Source: Gammaproteobacteria bacterium
GTDB lineage: Bacteria > Pseudomonadota > Gammaproteobacteria > SZUA-140
Length of the DNA stretch: 64,000 bases
Assembly: GCA_026981935.1 (NCBI GenBank)
Contig: JALSIC010000010.1
Location: 13,131-77,130 of the forward strand
Direction of reading: 5' to 3'
This document shows positions 1-9,313 of this stretch, one piece after another. Both the position numbers and the translations under genes were made by a program. The notes beneath the pieces were generated by a model that worked only from the letters and a program-made list of their open reading frames with translations, was not told the DNA's origin and searched no databases. Position 1 is the first letter of the stretch. Each line of letters starts with the position of its first letter.

Positions 1-637
1 GGTCCTTGTCCAGTTTCTCCCGGGTGGCCGCATCCCAGAGACGGCAGCCGTCGGCGGTGAATTCGTCGCCCAGCATCACTTCGCCATGATAGCGGCCGAA
101 TTCCAGCTTGTAGTCCACCAGCAGAATCCCGGCATCCAGAAAAAGCTGCTTGAGCACGTCATTGACCTCGAAGGTGAGGCGCTTCATGGTGGCCACTTCC
201 TCGTCGCTCGCCCAGCCGAAGGATCGAATGTGGTACTCGTTGACCATGGGATCGTGGAGCTCGTCGTTCTTGAGAAAGAACTCGAAGGTGGGCGGATCCA
301 GGTCCATGTTCTCCTCCACGCCCAGGCGCCGGCAGATGCTGCCTGCAGTGATGTTGCGCACCACGCACTCCAGGGGAATCATGTCGAGACGCTTGACCAG
401 GCTCTCGTTGCTGGACAGGACGCGCTCGAAATGGGTGGGAATGCCCGCCTTCTCCAGTTGCTCCATGATGTAGGCATTGGTCTTGTTGTTGACCATGCCC
501 TTGCGCGCGAGCTGCGTCGTCTTTTCACCATCGAAGGCGGAGGTATCGTCCCTGAAATACAGGATCAGGCGATCCGGATCCGCTGTCGTATAGACCGTCT
601 TGGCCTTGCCAGAATACAGTTCTTTCTCGATTTGCAT
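1..637 (-). CDS. purC: Phosphoribosylaminoimidazole-succinocarboxamide synthase (SAICAR synthetase), 3'-truncated at window edge
   Basis: Reverse translation gives [37 protein letters not shown]...LVDYKLEFG, which is near-collinear with E. coli PurC. The gene's C-terminal end lies beyond the window start. Confidence 0.85.
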   Translation of the reverse strand, partial: MQIEKELYSGKAKTVYTTADPDRLILYFRDDTSAFDGEKTTQLARKGMVNNKTNAYIMEQLEKAGIPTHFERVLSSNESLVKRLDMIPLECVVRNITAGSICRRLGVEENMDLDPPTFEFFLKNDELHDPMVNEYHIRSFGWASDEEVATMKRLTFEVNDVLKQLFLDAGILLVDYKLEFGRYHGEVMLGDEFTADGCRLWDAATREKLDKD

Positions 638-680
638 GATTGCGACTCCAAAGCGCCGCCACGGCGCATCAAAATTGTTA

Positions 681-1460
681 TTATAGAATCTCGCGCCAGG
701 CCAGGCCACCGTCCTGGGTGGCAATGCCGATCCAGCCAGGCTCACACCCCAGCGCCGCGCTGAGCGCGTCCCGTGCGAGCGCCACCGTGTTGTTCTGCTC
801 GCTGAGATGGGCGGCCACCACATGCTGCAGGCGCGTGGTCCCCAGGCGTGCGAGCAGCCCGCCCGCCTGACGATTGCTGAGATGACCCAGCCGCCCGCCG
901 ATGCGTGCCCGCACTGCCGGCGGATAGGCACTGCGGGCGAGCAGCGCCTCGTCGTGATTGCATTCGAGCAGCAATGCCTCGCAGCCGTCCAGTACCTCGG
1001 CCTGATGAGGCGTGGTCGTGCCGGTATCCGTGAGCAGGCCCAGTCGGTGTTCACCATTGCCCACCACGAACTGGCAGGGCTCACGGGCATCGTGGGGAAC
1101 GGGAAAGGGCCGTATCTCCAGGTCACCCACGGCAAAGGCCTGGTGGCTGTTCAGAAGGCGCAGGTCCACGATCTCCCGGGCATGGCTTGCAGCAGCCCGC
1201 GCCGTACCGGCGCTCATCCACACGGGTATGTCGGCGGCACAGGCAAGCGCCGCGACACCACGCACATGGTCGCCATGCTCATGGGTTACCAGGATCGCGC
1301 TCAGGTCCGCAGGAGACAGGCGCAGGCGGGCGAGGCGGCGGCGCGTCTCGCGCAGGGAGAAGCCGCAATCCACCATGATGCAGGTGCCATTGCAGCGCAC
1401 CACCGTGGCATTGCCTCGGCTGCCGCTGCCCAGGGAAGCAAACTTCAGCCGCGCCCCCAC
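681..1460 (-). CDS. MBL-fold metallo-hydrolase
   Basis: Complete 259-aa ORF. It carries the HxHxDH metal-binding motif ([11 protein letters not shown]) and the beta-lactamase-fold signature [11 protein letters not shown]. Confidence 0.75.
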   Translation of the reverse strand: MGARLKFASLGSGSRGNATVVRCNGTCIMVDCGFSLRETRRRLARLRLSPADLSAILVTHEHGDHVRGVAALACAADIPVWMSAGTARAAASHAREIVDLRLLNSHQAFAVGDLEIRPFPVPHDAREPCQFVVGNGEHRLGLLTDTGTTTPHQAEVLDGCEALLLECNHDEALLARSAYPPAVRARIGGRLGHLSNRQAGGLLARLGTTRLQHVVAAHLSEQNNTVALARDALSAALGCEPGWIGIATQDGGLAWREIL

Positions 1461-1462
1461 GC

Positions 1463-1861
1463 TCAGTGGTGCCCTGCCCCGTGCGCGTCAGGTGTCGCAG
1501 GCGCTTCTGCCGGCGGCGCGACGACGCCCCGCGGTGCCGGGGCGGACTGCCCGGGTGACAGCAGGATTTCCGGCGGTGCCTCGATCTCTTCCACGCTCTG
1601 CTGGATTTCCGCGGCCAGGCGACGGCGCACGGCCTCGACATCCGTCAAGGACAAGCCGGGAATGGCCATCCGGGTATCGGTCCGCGGCGGCTGCAGATCT
1701 GCCGGCACCTCGAGGGGGGGCAGGAGTTCGATATCGCGATAGTTCACCGGTGGTGTGCTGCAGGCGCAGAGCAACAACACCAGCAGGACGGGCAGGACCG
1801 GCCACCGCGCCGCCGCCCGGGCCAGAGTCGGCGTCGGAATCGGCGTCGGGGCCTCATGCAT
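1463..1861 (-). CDS. Small lipoprotein at the position BamC/NlpB occupies in the E. coli dapA-bamC-purC arrangement
   Basis: Hydrophobic stretch plus lipobox LLLCACS. Start chosen at the internal Met (1861) because the upstream Met at 1957 would overlap the dapA 3' end by ~100 nt. Too short (~130 aa) to be a full BamC. Confidence 0.4.
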   Translation of the reverse strand: MHEAPTPIPTPTLARAAARWPVLPVLLVLLLCACSTPPVNYRDIELLPPLEVPADLQPPRTDTRMAIPGLSLTDVEAVRRRLAAEIQQSVEEIEAPPEILLSPGQSAPAPRGVVAPPAEAPATPDAHGAGHH

Positions 1862-2789
1862 TGCCGGTTTCGGGACCGCCACCCGCTTCAGTACGCGGTT
1901 CTGAAGCGGATTCCGAGAGGGCGCCGCTCGCCACCAGGGCCTGGCGCACCGTGGCATGATACTGCTCGGACAGGACCGTCAGGGGCAGGCGGATCCCCGG
2001 GGGGATGAGCCCCATGGCATGGAGCGCCCACTTGACGGGGATGGGATTGGCCTCCACGTAGAGATCACGATGCAGGGGTTGCAGGCGCGCATTGAGGCGG
2101 CGTGCCTCATTCTCGTCGCCCGCCAGGGCCGTGGCACACATTTCGTGCATCTCGCGGGGCAGGATGTTGGCGGTCACGGAAATGACCCCCTTGCCACCGA
2201 GCAGCAGGCTCTCCAGCGCCGTGGCATCGTCACCGCTGTAGAAGTCCAGGCGTCCCTGGCAGCGCCCGATGATTTCCCGGGTCCGCGCCAGGTCACCGGT
2301 GGCCTCCTTGATGCCGACGATATTGGGCACATGAGACAGACGCTCCACTGTTTCCGGCAACATGTCACAAGCCGTGCGCCCCGGCACGTTGTACAGGATC
2401 TGGGGAATGGGCACCGCCTCGGCGATGGCCCTGAAATGGCGATAGAGACCTTCCTGGGTGGGCTTGTTGTAATAGGGCGTCACCAGGAGACAGGCATCGG
2501 CGCCGGCCTCCATGGCGCAACGGGTCAGCTCGATGGCCTCCTGGGTGCTGTTGGAACCCGTGCCGGCGATCACCGGCACCCGCCCGGCCGCCAGTTCCAC
2601 CACCCGCCGGATCAGCGCGCAATGCTCTTCCGTGCTCAGGGTCGCCGACTCGCCGGTGGTGCCCACCGCCACGATGGCATCGGTGCCGCAGGCCACATGG
2701 CGCTCCACCAGGCGCGCCAGTGCAGCGTCATCCACGCTGCCATCCGCCGCCATGGGCGTCACCAGGGCCACCATGCTGCCGTGAAACAT
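1854..2789 (-). CDS. dapA: 4-hydroxy-tetrahydrodipicolinate synthase
   Basis: [13 protein letters not shown]...[11 protein letters not shown]...[13 protein letters not shown]...[11 protein letters not shown] is collinear with E. coli DapA. It carries a ~20-aa C-terminal extension. Confidence 0.9.
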   Translation of the reverse strand: MFHGSMVALVTPMAADGSVDDAALARLVERHVACGTDAIVAVGTTGESATLSTEEHCALIRRVVELAAGRVPVIAGTGSNSTQEAIELTRCAMEAGADACLLVTPYYNKPTQEGLYRHFRAIAEAVPIPQILYNVPGRTACDMLPETVERLSHVPNIVGIKEATGDLARTREIIGRCQGRLDFYSGDDATALESLLLGGKGVISVTANILPREMHEMCATALAGDENEARRLNARLQPLHRDLYVEANPIPVKWALHAMGLIPPGIRLPLTVLSEQYHATVRQALVASGALSESASEPRTEAGGGPETGNA

Positions 2790-2842
2790 CACGCCTCCCC
2801 TCCGAAAAAACGGCCCTTATTATGACGCGGAAGGGCGAGCGC

Positions 2843-3331
2843 CTACAACCAGCGACGCACGGTTTCCTTGTACTGGACGAATTCGCGACCGAAGCGCTGC
2901 AGCAGGTACCGTTCCTCAGGCCTGATGAGCAGCCAATGCGTGAGGATCATCGTGGGCAGGGCGAGAATGAGCAGCCAGGGAAGATCGATACCGAAACCCA
3001 ATCCCACGTAACACAGCAGCAGGCCGAGATAAAGGGGGTTGCGCGAATATCGGTACATGCCGTGCTTGACGATACGCTGCGTCGCCACGTCCGGCGCCGA
3101 GGTCTCGCCGGCGCGCCGCAGTGCCCTTTTCGAGAGGAAGATGACCGCCCCGCCCGACAGGAGCAGGGTGACCGCCAGGACATGCTGCCAGAAGGAATCT
3201 CCCGACCCCAGACCCAGTGTCTGGAAGCTCAGGGGCCAGAAATAATCCAATATCAACGCCAGCAGGGCACTGCCGCCAAAAACCACATCGGCTGTACGCC
3301 ACCAGGGATGCTCGTGTCTCGACTCCGTCAA
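2843..3331 (-). CDS. Isoprenylcysteine carboxyl methyltransferase (ICMT)/phospholipid methyltransferase family membrane protein
   Basis: 162-aa multi-TM ORF with the C-terminal ICMT-like motif RIVKHGMYRYSRNPLYLG...EERYLLQRFGREFVQY. Confidence 0.6.
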   Translation of the reverse strand: MTESRHEHPWWRTADVVFGGSALLALILDYFWPLSFQTLGLGSGDSFWQHVLAVTLLLSGGAVIFLSKRALRRAGETSAPDVATQRIVKHGMYRYSRNPLYLGLLLCYVGLGFGIDLPWLLILALPTMILTHWLLIRPEERYLLQRFGREFVQYKETVRRWL

Positions 3332-3557
3332 GGGACACCTCCACTCGAACCCATTGACCGACTATTTTGATAATATACCAAAATAGTAGGAAATCGGCAC
3401 CGCGAGGGTCCGTCACCTGCCAGCCCGTACTATCCCGGCTGTACCGGCCTGGGAAAGGTCTGGGAAGGGTCTGTGAAGGATCTGGGAAAATCCAGGTCCG
3501 CAAGGTGGAAAATTGCCGTATCATTTGATGCATGGCGGCAACCAAAGGAGAACTGCC

Positions 3558-4100
3558 TTGAAGACGACAGAACACCTGGTGATCTCGGCACTGGGCGAAG
3601 ACCGGCCGGGCATCGTCAATGACCTGACCCAGCTCATTCTCGACTGCGCCTGCAACGTGGTGGACAGCCGCATGACGGTGCTGGGCGGGGAATTCGCCCT
3701 CATGCTCCTGGTCAGCGGCGCGGCAGCCGACATCGAGCGCCTGGAGCAGGCCCTGCCGGCGCTCGCCGGCACCCTCTCATTGACCCTGATCAGCAAGAAG
3801 ACCAGGCCGCGGCCACCGCAACCCGACCGGATTCCCTACCGGGTCCATGCCGTGGCACTGGATCATCCCGGCATCGTCCACCAGCTGGCACAGTTCTTCT
3901 CTTCCCGCCACATCAACATCGAGAGCCTGGAAACGGACAGCTATGCGGCGGCGCATACCGGCGCCCCCATGTTTGCCCTCACCATGCTGGTGAACGTACC
4001 GGGGGAAACGCGCATCGCGGCGTTGCGGGAAGAATTCCTGGGTTTCTGCGATGAACTCAACATCGATGTCACCATGGAACCGCTCCATCAAGGTGTCTGA
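3558..4100 (+). CDS. gcvR: Glycine cleavage system transcriptional repressor (tandem ACT domains)
   Basis: HLVISALGEDRPGIVNDLTQ and a second ACT repeat (VHAVALDHPGIVHQLAQ) match E. coli GcvR. Probable TTG start at 3558, 7 nt after the RBS AAAGGAG; the longer ATG ORF begins at 3513. It sits divergent to dapA and is followed by bcp, as in E. coli. Confidence 0.8.
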   Translation: MKTTEHLVISALGEDRPGIVNDLTQLILDCACNVVDSRMTVLGGEFALMLLVSGAAADIERLEQALPALAGTLSLTLISKKTRPRPPQPDRIPYRVHAVALDHPGIVHQLAQFFSSRHINIESLETDSYAAAHTGAPMFALTMLVNVPGETRIAALREEFLGFCDELNIDVTMEPLHQGV

Positions 4101-4146
4101 CACGACCCATGGCGCCCGGCACACAACAACGCGAGGAGTACAGCAC

Positions 4147-4620
4147 ATGTCCAAAGTCGTCCTGAACAAGAAAGTACCGGATTTCGAGGCGCAAGCCACC
4201 GGCGGCAAGACCCTCCGCCTTTCCGACCTGCGTGGCAAGCATGTGATTCTTTATTTCTATCCCAAGGACAGCACCCCAGGATGCACCCGGGAGGGGCAGG
4301 ACTTCCGCGATCACTACGCCAAGGTGCGCCGACGCGGCGGCATCGTCCTGGGCGTCTCCCGGGACAGCCTCAAGTCCCACGAGAAATTCAAGGAGAAACA
4401 GCAGTTTCCCTTCGACCTCATCGCCGACACCGACGAGCACCTGTGTCAGCTCTTCGATGTGATCAAAATGAAGAACATGTACGGGAAACAGGTGCGCGGC
4501 ATCGAACGCAGCACTTTCCTCATCGACAGCGAAGGGGTGCTGCGCCGGGAATGGCGCGGCGTGAAAGTGGCCGGGCACGTGGAAGAGGTGCTGGAAGCCC
4601 TGAAGGCGCTTAATGGGTGA
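4147..4620 (+). CDS. bcp: Thioredoxin-dependent thiol peroxidase (peroxiredoxin Q/BCP)
   Basis: The ORF carries the VLYFYPKDSTPGCTREG peroxiredoxin active-site motif. It is preceded by the RBS GAGGAG and immediately follows gcvR, matching the conserved gcvR-bcp pairing. Confidence 0.85.
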   Translation: MSKVVLNKKVPDFEAQATGGKTLRLSDLRGKHVILYFYPKDSTPGCTREGQDFRDHYAKVRRRGGIVLGVSRDSLKSHEKFKEKQQFPFDLIADTDEHLCQLFDVIKMKNMYGKQVRGIERSTFLIDSEGVLRREWRGVKVAGHVEEVLEALKALNG

Positions 4621-4639
4621 TGACTGAGCGCTTATTTGG

Positions 4640-5110
4640 GACTGAATGCAGGCCCCGAGGCTCGGTATCTCCTTGTCATTTCGACCGAGGGGAGAAACCC
4701 TGTTTCAGCGGTTTCAGATTCCTCGCTGCGCTCGGAATGACAACTCATCTGTCATTGCGACCGCGCTTTCTTGTCATTTCGACCGAAGGGAGAAACCCTG
4801 TGCCAGCGGCCCGGATTCATCGCTGCGCTCGGCATGACAAGTCATCTGTCATTGCGACCGCGCTTTCTTGTCATTTCGACCGAAGGGAGAAACCCTGTGC
4901 CAGCGGCCCCGGATTCCTCGCTGCGCTCGGAATGACAAGTCATCTGTCATTGCGACCGCGCTTTCTTGTCATTTCGACCGAAGGGAGAAATCTTCCCCAC
5001 TGCCCCCAAGATTTCTCGCTGTACTCGAAATGACAGGGTTACTGCCATTTCTCGCTGCGCTCGAGCTGACAGATGTTACCTGGAAAGACAAACCCCCACT
5101 GAGGCCAACG
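4640..5110. repeat. Tandem array (~4.5 units, period 97-98 bp) of a MITE/REP-like element (family A: GTCATTTCGACCGAAGGGAGAAA ... TTCTCGCTGCGCTCGGAATGACAAG)
   Basis: Direct inspection: near-identical 98-bp units start at 4751, 4848 and 4946, each with internal inverted ends (GTCATTTCGA / TCGAAATGAC). Related single copies occur at 45434-45523 and 47465-47530. Confidence 0.85.
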
Positions 5111-5295
5111 AACCTCGACTATCACGACTTGCATTGTTGACTGACGGCCGCCTGCAGCGTGGATGCGCGTCCCGAGGGCCGGCATCCTGGGAGAAACACG
5201 ATCCATGCCGCGTTTCGCTCTCGCTCCGCTCCCTGCGGGCCAGCCATGTCATGCACAGACAGGCAACAGGCTGACCCAAATGACCCATCAGACGC

Positions 5296-6405
5296 TCATT
5301 CCCCCCCGGCAGCCACGCGCGGCGGCTCCCGCGGGACAGGTTGCAGTTCATCGGCTGCATCGTTGCGCGGCCAGGCATCCATGACGGCCTTGACCAGTGT
5401 GGCCAGGGGAATGGCGAAAAACACGCCCCAGAATCCCCAGATGCCGCCGAAAAACAGGATCGCGGTGATGATGGCCACAGGATGAAGATTGACGGCCTCT
5501 GAAAACAGCCAGGGCACGAGAATATTGCCGTCCACGGCCTGGATGATGAGATAGGCCACCATCACATAGATGAACTCGTTGCCCCACCCCCACTGGAAAT
5601 AGGCGATGAGTGCCACGGGAAAGGTAACAGCGATGGCCCCCAGGTAGGGAACGATCACCGACAGCCCCACCAGGGCTCCCAGCAGCATGGCATAGTTGAG
5701 CCCCATGATCATGAAGACGATGTAAGTCACCACCCCCACGATGAGGATCTCAGTGAACTTGCCCCGCACGTAGTTGCCGATCTGGCGGTCCATTTCTTCC
5801 CATACCTGCTTGGCCAGGCGCCGTTCCCGGGGCAGATAACGGCTGATCCAGTCCAGGATCATGCGCTTGTCCTTGAGAAAGAAAAAGATCAGTACCGGCA
5901 CCAGAATCAGATAGACCAGAAAGGTGAAAACCCCCGAAATGGAGGCCAGTGACAACGAAAGGACCTGCTGGCCCATGTTGCCCACCGTGGAACTCATGGA
6001 AGCAATGAATTCCTGGACCTGGGCCTCGGAGATGAAATTGGGATGGCGCTCCGGGAGCTGCATGAGCAGCTGCTGACCCTTGGCGATCATGTTGGGCAAC
6101 TCCTGGACCAGTTGCTTGACCTGATTCGTAAGCAAGGGCAGCAGCCCGAGGAGGATGAAAAGCAGGAAGGCGAGAAAGGGGACGAAAACCAGCAACACCG
6201 CCCAGAAGCGGCCGATATTCTTGTTCTCCAGGGGAGCGACCAGGCCTTCCAGCAGGTAGGCCAGGACCACGCTGGCCAACACGGGCGCCAGCATGTCGCC
6301 CATGAATATGACGACCGCAAAGCCCAGTACCAGGAGAATCGCCAGTATCACCCCCTCGGGATCGGAGAAATACTTGCGATACCAGCGGTTGATGACGTTG
6401 GTCAT
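5296..6405 (-). CDS. AI-2E family transporter (PerM/YdiK/TqsA-like, UPF0118)
   Basis: 369-aa polytopic membrane protein. It has AI-2E-family-like segments (GKFTEILIVGVVTYIVFMIMGLNYAMLLGAL ... IPLATLVKAV). Confidence 0.75.
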   Translation of the reverse strand: MTNVINRWYRKYFSDPEGVILAILLVLGFAVVIFMGDMLAPVLASVVLAYLLEGLVAPLENKNIGRFWAVLLVFVPFLAFLLFILLGLLPLLTNQVKQLVQELPNMIAKGQQLLMQLPERHPNFISEAQVQEFIASMSSTVGNMGQQVLSLSLASISGVFTFLVYLILVPVLIFFFLKDKRMILDWISRYLPRERRLAKQVWEEMDRQIGNYVRGKFTEILIVGVVTYIVFMIMGLNYAMLLGALVGLSVIVPYLGAIAVTFPVALIAYFQWGWGNEFIYVMVAYLIIQAVDGNILVPWLFSEAVNLHPVAIITAILFFGGIWGFWGVFFAIPLATLVKAVMDAWPRNDAADELQPVPREPPRVAAGGE

Positions 6406-6441
6406 GATCCTTTCCCAGTCAGTCCATTTAGCTATCCGTCC

Positions 6442-6519
6442 CCTTAGGAGTCTGTCGGATTTAGGCGATCATAGCGAGCATGGTGGGAGAGCAGGCCGGT
6501 GGGGGAAAGGCTCTCCCGC
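6442..6519. repeat. Repeat family B, short copy (CCTTAGGAGTCTGTCGGATTTAGGCGATCATAGCGAGCATGGTGGGAGAGC ... GCTCTCCC hairpin)
   Basis: A ~50-nt segment is near-identical to the reverse complement of 57782-57833. The internal GGGAGAGC...GCTCTCCC can form a hairpin. Confidence 0.7.
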
Positions 6520-6648
6520 AGTTTCTTGCCAGATCAATCCGTCTTATCTTTATTATTATTATAATGAATACCTGCAGTTAACGGCAGCTTACGCCCTGAA
6601 CTGCAATAATCCACGGAATAACAGGCTCTTGGCACCTTTTGACCGGGT

Positions 6649-7389
6649 CTACTCGCGCGCCAGGGCCGGGGCGTTGACCGGCTCGCCGGGACACAGGTGA
6701 AGAAGATCCACTGCCCGCCCGCCGTTGATGGCGATTTCCACCAGGCCATTGGCATTTTCATACCAGAACGGCACCCCCGGCGGCGCCTCGGCATAGGTGC
6801 GGGCGTAAGCGATGCGCCAGCTCTTTACTCCCAGCACGGCATCCCTGGGCAGAACCGCACCCCGAATCCCCGTCATGGCGTTGCCGAAATGATCGACGTA
6901 GACGATACAGGCATAGTCATCGGGCCAGCTGTCGTCCACGACCACGGCCGTGTCCAGGGGCTCACCCGGCGCCGCTTCTCCACGGGCGAGCCTTGCAGCC
7001 ACTGGCGCAAAGAGATCGCGGCCATGGAATGTGGCGGAAAGGCGCGAGGGACGCCATGTGATCTGCCAGCAGCGCAGCGCCTCGGCCCGCCGTGCCACCA
7101 TGTTGAAAAGCCCATTGTCCGGGCCCACGTACCACCGACCGTCTGCCTCCACCACCAGGGGCAGGCGCTCACTGCCCACGCCGGGATCCACCACGCACAG
7201 AAATACCGTGCCCGGCGGAAAACCGCCGGCATAGGCCGCCAGCAGGTAGGCAGCGGCATGGGGATCGTGGGTCGGCGCATCGGCAAACAGATCGATCACC
7301 GGCACCGCCGGGGCCTCGCGGCACAACACTGCCTTCATCTGGCCCACGTAAGGGCCTTCAAGGCCAAAGTCGGTGAACAGGACGATCAT
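6649..7389 (-). CDS. S-adenosyl-L-methionine hydroxide adenosyltransferase (DUF62; fluorinase/chlorinase SalL-FlA superfamily)
   Basis: MIVLFTDFGLEGPYVGQMKAV...VDPGVGSERLPL...VDHFGN match the DUF62 N- and C-domain signatures. The internal Met at 7389 is used as start; the longer ORF to 7737 would run through the TIR element and the rplQ terminator. Confidence 0.7.
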   Translation of the reverse strand: MIVLFTDFGLEGPYVGQMKAVLCREAPAVPVIDLFADAPTHDPHAAAYLLAAYAGGFPPGTVFLCVVDPGVGSERLPLVVEADGRWYVGPDNGLFNMVARRAEALRCWQITWRPSRLSATFHGRDLFAPVAARLARGEAAPGEPLDTAVVVDDSWPDDYACIVYVDHFGNAMTGIRGAVLPRDAVLGVKSWRIAYARTYAEAPPGVPFWYENANGLVEIAINGGRAVDLLHLCPGEPVNAPALARE

Positions 7390-7399
7390 GGTCTGGAAA

Positions 7400-7686
7400 T
7401 TATTAACCCGGCAACAATATATGTCATGTTCAGCCGCCGCGTGCGGACACGCAGCAAGGCGGCGGAGCGCCGCTGTAGTCATTCTACAGCAAGCTTCGCC
7501 AACACCGTCTGCGTGCGCGCACGCGGCGGCCTGCCATATGAATTTCAACAAGTCAGGCGTTTCAGGCAGGCGCCGGCTCGGTGTTGCGGCACTTGGCAAG
7601 GGCCGGGCCATTCCCTGCGTGCCGCGCCTTGATCCAGCGCCTGCCTGAAACGCTGAACACGATATATATTGTTGCCGGGTTAATAA
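7400..7686. mobile_element. ~290-bp MITE-like element bounded by ~35-bp imperfect terminal inverted repeats (TTATTAACCCGGCAACAATATAT...TGTTCAGC)
   Basis: Left TIR 7400-7434 and right TIR 7652-7686 are reverse complements with 2-3 mismatches. An internal 17-bp inverted pair lies at 7557-7573 / 7641-7657. No ORF of plausible function inside. Confidence 0.55.
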
Positions 7687-7777
7687 GTGATGGGGGATGA
7701 GCGATACATCAGGTGAAGAGCGCAGCACCTTCATCACGCATCATCCCTTACCCATCGCCCGTCCCCACGGCACAGAG

Positions 7778-7803
7778 ACAAAAAACCGGGCACATGGCCC
7801 GGT
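7778..7803 (-). terminator. Rho-independent terminator of the alpha operon (after rplQ)
   Basis: On the minus strand the hairpin CCGGGCCATGTGCCCGG is followed directly by TTTTTT, 10 nt downstream of the rplQ stop. Confidence 0.8.
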
Positions 7804-7811
7804 CCTTGTCT

Positions 7812-8204
7812 TCATTCGGCAGCGGCTTCTTCCGCCTCCTCCGGCACGGGCCGGTCCACCAGCTCCACATAGGCCATGGGCGCCGCGTCGCCGGGACGGA
7901 AACCGCACTTGAGAATGCGCAGGTAACCGCCGGGACGTTCCCTGTAGCGGGGCCCCAGCTCGTTGAACAGTTTGGCCACGGCCTCCTTGTCCCGCACCCG
8001 GGCAAAGGCCAAACGGCGCTTGGCCACGGTGTCCTCCTTGGCCAGGGTGATGAGGGGTTCTACCACGCGGCGCAGCTCCTTGGCCTTGGGCAGCGTGGTA
8101 CGAATGATTTCGTGCCTCACCAGCGAGGCGGCCATGTTCCTGAACATGGCCTGACGGTGACTGCTGGTGCGGTTCAGCTTTCTTCCACTGTGTCGGTGAC
8201 GCAT
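7812..8204 (-). CDS. rplQ: 50S ribosomal protein L17
   Basis: [37 protein letters not shown] matches the L17 N-terminus. It sits after rpoA. Confidence 0.95.
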   Translation of the reverse strand: MRHRHSGRKLNRTSSHRQAMFRNMAASLVRHEIIRTTLPKAKELRRVVEPLITLAKEDTVAKRRLAFARVRDKEAVAKLFNELGPRYRERPGGYLRILKCGFRPGDAAPMAYVELVDRPVPEEAEEAAAE

Positions 8205-8259
8205 GATCCGGTTCCTACTTGCTCAACACGGTTGTTTTCGTCGGCCTTTCCAGCCGCCT

Positions 8260-9279
8260 TCAGGCGGGGGCCACTTCCTTCTCGTTATCCTTGCCCTTGC
8301 GCTGGAGGCTCGGCGGCGGCCAGTTCTCCAGGCGCAGCCCCAGTGACAGACCATGGGTCGCCAGCACGTCCTTGATCTCGGTGAGGGACTTCTTGCCCAG
8401 GTTGGGCGTCTTGAGCAGCTCCACCTCGGTGCGCTGGATCAGATCACCGATGTAATAGATATTCTCCGCCTTCAGGCAATTGGCTGAACGCACGGTCAAT
8501 TCCAGATCGTCCACCGGACGCAGCAGGATGGGATCGATCTCGGCTTCGGGCTCGGCCTGGGTTTCCTCTTCCGTACTCTCCAGTGTCACGAAGACCGAAA
8601 GCTGCTCCTGGAGAATGGCGGCCGCCCGGCGGATGGTCTCCTCGGGATTGACGCTGCCGTTGGTCTCCAGCTCGATGATCAGCTTGTCCAGATCGGTGCG
8701 CTGCTCCACGCGGGCCGTGTCCACCGTGTAGGTGACGCGGCGGATGGGGCTGAAAGAGGCATCCAGCAGCAGGCGCCCGATGGGACGGCTGCCTTCCTCG
8801 CCCTCCTTGCGCACCGTGGCGGGCTGATAGCCGCGCCCGCGTTCGATCTTGAGGGTCATGTTAAGTTCGCCGGCCTCTGTCATGTGGGCAATCACCAGGT
8901 CAGGATTGACGATCTCCACATCGTTCACGAGTTCGATATCCCGGGCATAGACCGGCCCGAAGCCCTTTTTCTTCAGTACCAGCGTGGCCTCGTCCCGGCC
9001 CTCCATGCGGACCGAAAGGTTCTTCAGGTTCAGCAGGATGTCGAGCACATCCTCCTGGACCCCCTCGATGGTGGTGTACTCGTGGAGCACACCCTCGATC
9101 TCCACCTCGGTGACGGCACAACCGGGGATGGAGGACAACAGGATGCGCCGCAGGGCATTGCCCAGCGTATGGCCGAAACCGCGCTCCAGCGGCTCCATGG
9201 TGATCCTGGCGTGGCACTCGTCGATGGACTGGACATCGACGAGATGTGGTTTCAACAATTCTCTTGCTGAGCCCTTCAT
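8260..9279 (-). CDS. rpoA: DNA-directed RNA polymerase subunit alpha
   Basis: Collinear with E. coli RpoA ([22 protein letters not shown] ... [21 protein letters not shown]). Confidence 0.97.
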   Translation of the reverse strand: MKGSARELLKPHLVDVQSIDECHARITMEPLERGFGHTLGNALRRILLSSIPGCAVTEVEIEGVLHEYTTIEGVQEDVLDILLNLKNLSVRMEGRDEATLVLKKKGFGPVYARDIELVNDVEIVNPDLVIAHMTEAGELNMTLKIERGRGYQPATVRKEGEEGSRPIGRLLLDASFSPIRRVTYTVDTARVEQRTDLDKLIIELETNGSVNPEETIRRAAAILQEQLSVFVTLESTEEETQAEPEAEIDPILLRPVDDLELTVRSANCLKAENIYYIGDLIQRTEVELLKTPNLGKKSLTEIKDVLATHGLSLGLRLENWPPPSLQRKGKDNEKEVAPA

Positions 9280-9313
9280 GAAAATTCCTCTCTAGCTGTG
9301 GCGCAAACCGAAA

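Noticed and set aside
86-763. 225-aa plus-strand ORF at the window start
   Set aside because: It is antisense to purC, whose minus-strand translation matches E. coli PurC almost residue for residue.
4640-5110. Possible CRISPR array
   Set aside because: The units are ~98 bp with no unique spacers between them and contain internal inverted ends. This is a tandem MITE/REP arrangement, not repeat-spacer architecture, and there are no cas genes nearby.
4617-5274. Several 60-140-aa plus-strand ORFs across the 98-bp tandem repeat region
   Set aside because: They are generated by the repeating unit and their translated sequences simply repeat. The region is a non-coding MITE/REP array.
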